From assembly GCA_008632985.1 (NCBI GenBank), contig QPGO01000008.1, forward strand, positions 352,979 to 416,978: DNA of 64,000 bases, written 5' to 3'. A program made the translations under genes and the position numbers. This stretch comes from Psammoneis japonica (lineage: Eukaryota). The notes below the pieces were generated by a model, which saw only the letters and a list, made by a program, of their open reading frames with translations, was not told the origin of the DNA and did not search any database. Within the stretch, counting starts at the first letter, position 1. Every line of letters starts with the position of its first letter. This document shows, piece after piece, positions 60,583-64,000 of the stretch.

Positions 60583-61037
60583 TCTGATTCAAGATGGAAA
60601 TAGCGAATTCTTTCACACTGTATCGAGAAAGATTTGTCGTCGGAGATTGCTTCGGAGAGTGCAGAGTTGCGACGCAAATGTTGTTGCGTTCTTGGAAGGT
60701 CATCAACGGAACGGGGATGAAGTCTGTTGCGTAGGATGCGTGAACACGAAAGATCTCCGAAAATGCCCGCGAAAACGACAAAAGATCATCCGAGAGTCCG
60801 AAAAAGATCTCACATCCGGGTCTACATCCAAGAATTCCCTCCGAGCTAGTACTGTACACGCCACAACGACCGCATAGCAACCGCCGCTTCACTTACGCTT
60901 CCCGCATCGAATCTATCATTACACTCATCTTGATCTCTCTTCTGCTTCTCACACCAGCTTCTTTTAAAGGCCGATACGTTATTGGATTGGTCACGTCTCT
61001 ACCGTACCTCAGAACAGGGGCACAGTTTACGTAAAAC

Positions 61038-62489
61038 ATGGTCACCTCCAACAGCCGGGAAAGTCTGTCCAAGCAACGGCATGGTACGCCGTCTCCATCA
61101 GTTATAATTGGTGTGACTGCAGGGTGCGTTCTGGTAGGAACGCCGCAGGGTCGTCGCATGCTGCGTCGTGGAGCAAGTACCTTGGCATCGGCTGCGGGAT
61201 TCTTGGTGAATACAGCTCATGATCTAGCTACGCATCACTCTCACAAACTCTCTCAATGGGAAATTGCATTGAACAGCATGGACAAGTTTCTCACGAAAAG
61301 CGGTGTCTCGGACGAACTAACTAAGAGTGTCAGCCATCGATTGCTTCATAATTTGGGATTCCTTGTCAAGGTTCAAGAACAAATGCCTCGCCGTGAGGTA
61401 GAAGTAATAGCCAGCCAATCACATGCATACAATCTTCCAACGAGCCAAGAAGCGGCCAAGTACATGAGATTTGCAACAGCCGTCTATGGTTCCAGCATGA
61501 TACGGTCGGTTGAGATGGAAATTTCACCAGACGAAATGACTTTTGAAACCCAAGAAGAGGTAATCATGCGTCATACTGGAATTGAGAGCAAGGAAGACTT
61601 TCTAGTATCCGATGTGGAGTATGGGACGGGTTTGGAATGCCTCCGTCACATGGTTGCAGTCGACCACAAGGAAAAGGCGGTCGTGTTTGCCGTGAGAGGC
61701 ACCTTTGACTTGTCGGGTGTTGTGGTGGATCTAGTTGGCTATAGCGAACCCTTTTGTGGTGGCGAGGCGCATGCGGGAATGGCTGACATGGCACGGGCAG
61801 TTTGGAAACTAGCACACAAGACTGTGGGCGACAAGCTTGAAGAGGTTCCCGAGGATTATGAGCTCATTATTTGTGGACATAGTTTGGGTGCTGGAGTTGC
61901 TTGCCTCATGACAATAATGGCCTATCACGAGAAGCTCTTTCCGCCACATGTCAAGGTTCGCTGTCTTGCTTATGCACCGCCACCCGTCTTTTTCCCATTG
62001 ACAGCAGCCCAAGAAGCAATGCCACATATTACTGCCTATGTTCACAATCATGATGTTGTCCCATCCCTATCTGTATCATCGTTTCGGCAGCTATTTGCAC
62101 AAGTAGCTATTTTCAACAAAGAGTTACAGCACGAAAGCTGGATAAATTACATTCGTATGCGACGAGGAAGCAAGGCAATACCCAAGCACATTGTAGATGA
62201 CGTGGTCAACGTCCGAAAGAACCACCAGACATTGTTGCCAAAAGTACAAGGAGCTCCCATGCTGGCGATCCCTGCTGACGTGATTGTGTGGTTAAAAGCC
62301 GACCAGCCAGAGAGTATTGCCAACGATATGGATGCGTCATTCTCAACCATTCTCTGCGACGCAATCAAGTATGCCGACTCTGGGATCCGCCTCAGCGACA
62401 ACATGGTTTTTGATCACTTTCCGCCAAAGTATCAGGTTGCGCTCGAAAGTGTATGGACTCGAGAGAAGAAAACGACAACCGCAGGCTAG
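61038..62489 (+). CDS. Class 3 lipase (DAG-lipase-like)
   Basis: AVRGT, AHAGM, GHSLGAG, DVVPSLS and DHFP motifs. Confidence 0.92.
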   Translation: MVTSNSRESLSKQRHGTPSPSVIIGVTAGCVLVGTPQGRRMLRRGASTLASAAGFLVNTAHDLATHHSHKLSQWEIALNSMDKFLTKSGVSDELTKSVSHRLLHNLGFLVKVQEQMPRREVEVIASQSHAYNLPTSQEAAKYMRFATAVYGSSMIRSVEMEISPDEMTFETQEEVIMRHTGIESKEDFLVSDVEYGTGLECLRHMVAVDHKEKAVVFAVRGTFDLSGVVVDLVGYSEPFCGGEAHAGMADMARAVWKLAHKTVGDKLEEVPEDYELIICGHSLGAGVACLMTIMAYHEKLFPPHVKVRCLAYAPPPVFFPLTAAQEAMPHITAYVHNHDVVPSLSVSSFRQLFAQVAIFNKELQHESWINYIRMRRGSKAIPKHIVDDVVNVRKNHQTLLPKVQGAPMLAIPADVIVWLKADQPESIANDMDASFSTILCDAIKYADSGIRLSDNMVFDHFPPKYQVALESVWTREKKTTTAG

Positions 62490-63358
62490 AGATCTTGTTG
62501 CGAGTTTTGCTAGAGCCAACTGCTCAGAGCTCTACAGGGGTATCCTTGCTCCATCCATCTATCTCTCTAGTGAGAGGGTATAGGATTACACCGTGTAGTA
62601 TTGCTTGGTAGTCGATACAGTGTTTTTACTTTGAGCAAGTGCTTTGCAACCCACGGTTGAGATTGGCGAGTGGCAGCGGTCAGGTAATATCTAGTAGAGA
62701 CTTCCCGTGATGCGACATCCAAAAAGGAGGAGTGAGTCAAGTTTTTCCCTCTAGAACGAGTAATATAGTCTACTTGTTGCTACTCTACATACTTTGAGGT
62801 AGCCTAAGTCTACCTCTACTAAAGGGCAAAGTTAGAGTGTAGTGCCCTAGGGCCCTACCTCTAATGTACAGTGAGACAGTGAGAGATTAGAGAGGGGAAA
62901 AACTCTCAAAAATGTGAGGAACAAGGGGCAAAAATGCGAGAAGTTGGGTCAACGTTCAGACGTATTGTGACGTCCGCGACGATATGACGTGGGCATGACG
63001 TGGTAGTTGAGCTTAAAAATTGATGCTAAATGTCCGTTCTATATTATCCTATTCATACTTAAATGACTTTAATAAGTAATTCAAGCGTTGCGAGACCAAT
63101 CTAATCGATAGTGCATATTCTCCATGTTTTATATTAATATTTATTTATGCATATCCAAGTTTTTATGCCATCAGTCGTGAAAACCGCGGTCTCGCAGATT
63201 TGGGGTACTTACTCTAGTAGTATTGACTTGATGTACATTTCTACGTGGCAACTCCATCTGCTGCGACACGCAAACTGGGAACCAAAACAAACAAAAAACC
63301 CAAGATTCTTCACACGAAGCACTCGTTATTTCTCAATCAACTTGTCCTTGCCATCACG

Positions 63359-64000
63359 ATGAATACATCATCGTCCGTAGATGTCTTGTCCAACGCCAAC
63401 ACATCACCAGCGACCATGCCGTCAAAGCGAAAGAAATCCAGTGGAATAGTGCGACTCGTAAAGTACATGAAGCCCAAGCGCTCGAATCGAACCGCAGCGA
63501 CTCGAAGCAGCTTTTGTGACGATGACGAGAGCTTTCTGGATGATCATGTCAAACAAGACGAAATCATAATTAAAGGTCTCAAGAAGAAGCACCGAAAGAA
63601 AAAGACGTGGGCACAGTCGTCTTCGGGTTCCATCTCATCTCTGTCGTCATCGTGTCGACGTGACAGTGGTCGCAGCTGGAGTTTGCGTAAGAGTCAGAAG
63701 CAGCGAGAGGAAGAAGCGCTGCTGTCGCTGCTGGGTATGGCCGACGTGGAGTTTGATGGGGGGCACCCAGATCGAGCTTATGCCTGTTGGAGACAAGCGA
63801 GAAAGCAAAGTCGTGATGCTTCTGAGCCGGAGATTGCAATCCTGCATCAATGTTCTCTATGGAAACTAGCTCTGTTTCACGTCAGTCAGGAATGTCACGG
63901 ATCTCAAGAGGACGGAGAACAAGAAGAAGAAGATTCTTTTGATCGAACCGAAGCTCTGGAGTACCTGCAACAATTGGATTTTGAATCTTGTCCTGAGGAT
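63359..64000 (+). CDS. Hypothetical protein, 5' part (runs off the window)
   Basis: Open frame from ATG 63359 (MNTSSSVDVL...) to the window end with no stop. Confidence 0.65.
   Translation, partial: MNTSSSVDVLSNANTSPATMPSKRKKSSGIVRLVKYMKPKRSNRTAATRSSFCDDDESFLDDHVKQDEIIIKGLKKKHRKKKTWAQSSSGSISSLSSSCRRDSGRSWSLRKSQKQREEEALLSLLGMADVEFDGGHPDRAYACWRQARKQSRDASEPEIAILHQCSLWKLALFHVSQECHGSQEDGEQEEEDSFDRTEALEYLQQLDFESCPED

Overview
Eukaryotic DNA with short GT-AG introns; gene style and content fit a diatom or other stramenopile (inference). The window has two compartments. (1) Ordinary gene-rich DNA: eRF1, an SMP/EF-hand/C2 protein, an RluA-type pseudouridine synthase, a fused glutamine-dependent carbamoyl-phosphate synthase, an atypical two-DBD E2F (DEL/E2F7-8 type), LMF1, a P450, a SET protein, a GGCT-like protein and a class-3 lipase. 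Its intergenic gaps often hold odd CTAG/TAGAG-rich tracts. (2) Three repeat/TE domains (~165-16,300, ~22,800-30,250, ~43,800-46,250) that have lost almost all TpA dinucleotides. Duplicated copies and conserved protein motifs indicate TpA was converted to TpG or CpA on either strand (Tyr->Cys/His, Leu->Pro), apparently faster than CpG decay. This looks like a RIP-like repeat hypermutation with the opposite polarity to fungal RIP. Domain 1 holds a complete Ngaro/PAT-type tyrosine-recombinase retrotransposon (split direct repeats A1-ORFs-B1-A2-B2) whose pol appears to start with a degenerate cytosine-methyltransferase-like domain, nested in older decayed transposase-like DNA. Domain 2 holds a tight cluster of SET, TET/JBP-like 2OG-Fe(II) dioxygenase and DOT1-like methyltransferase ORFs, a candidate mobile chromatin-modifying cassette. 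All counts and family calls were made by eye; no searches were run.
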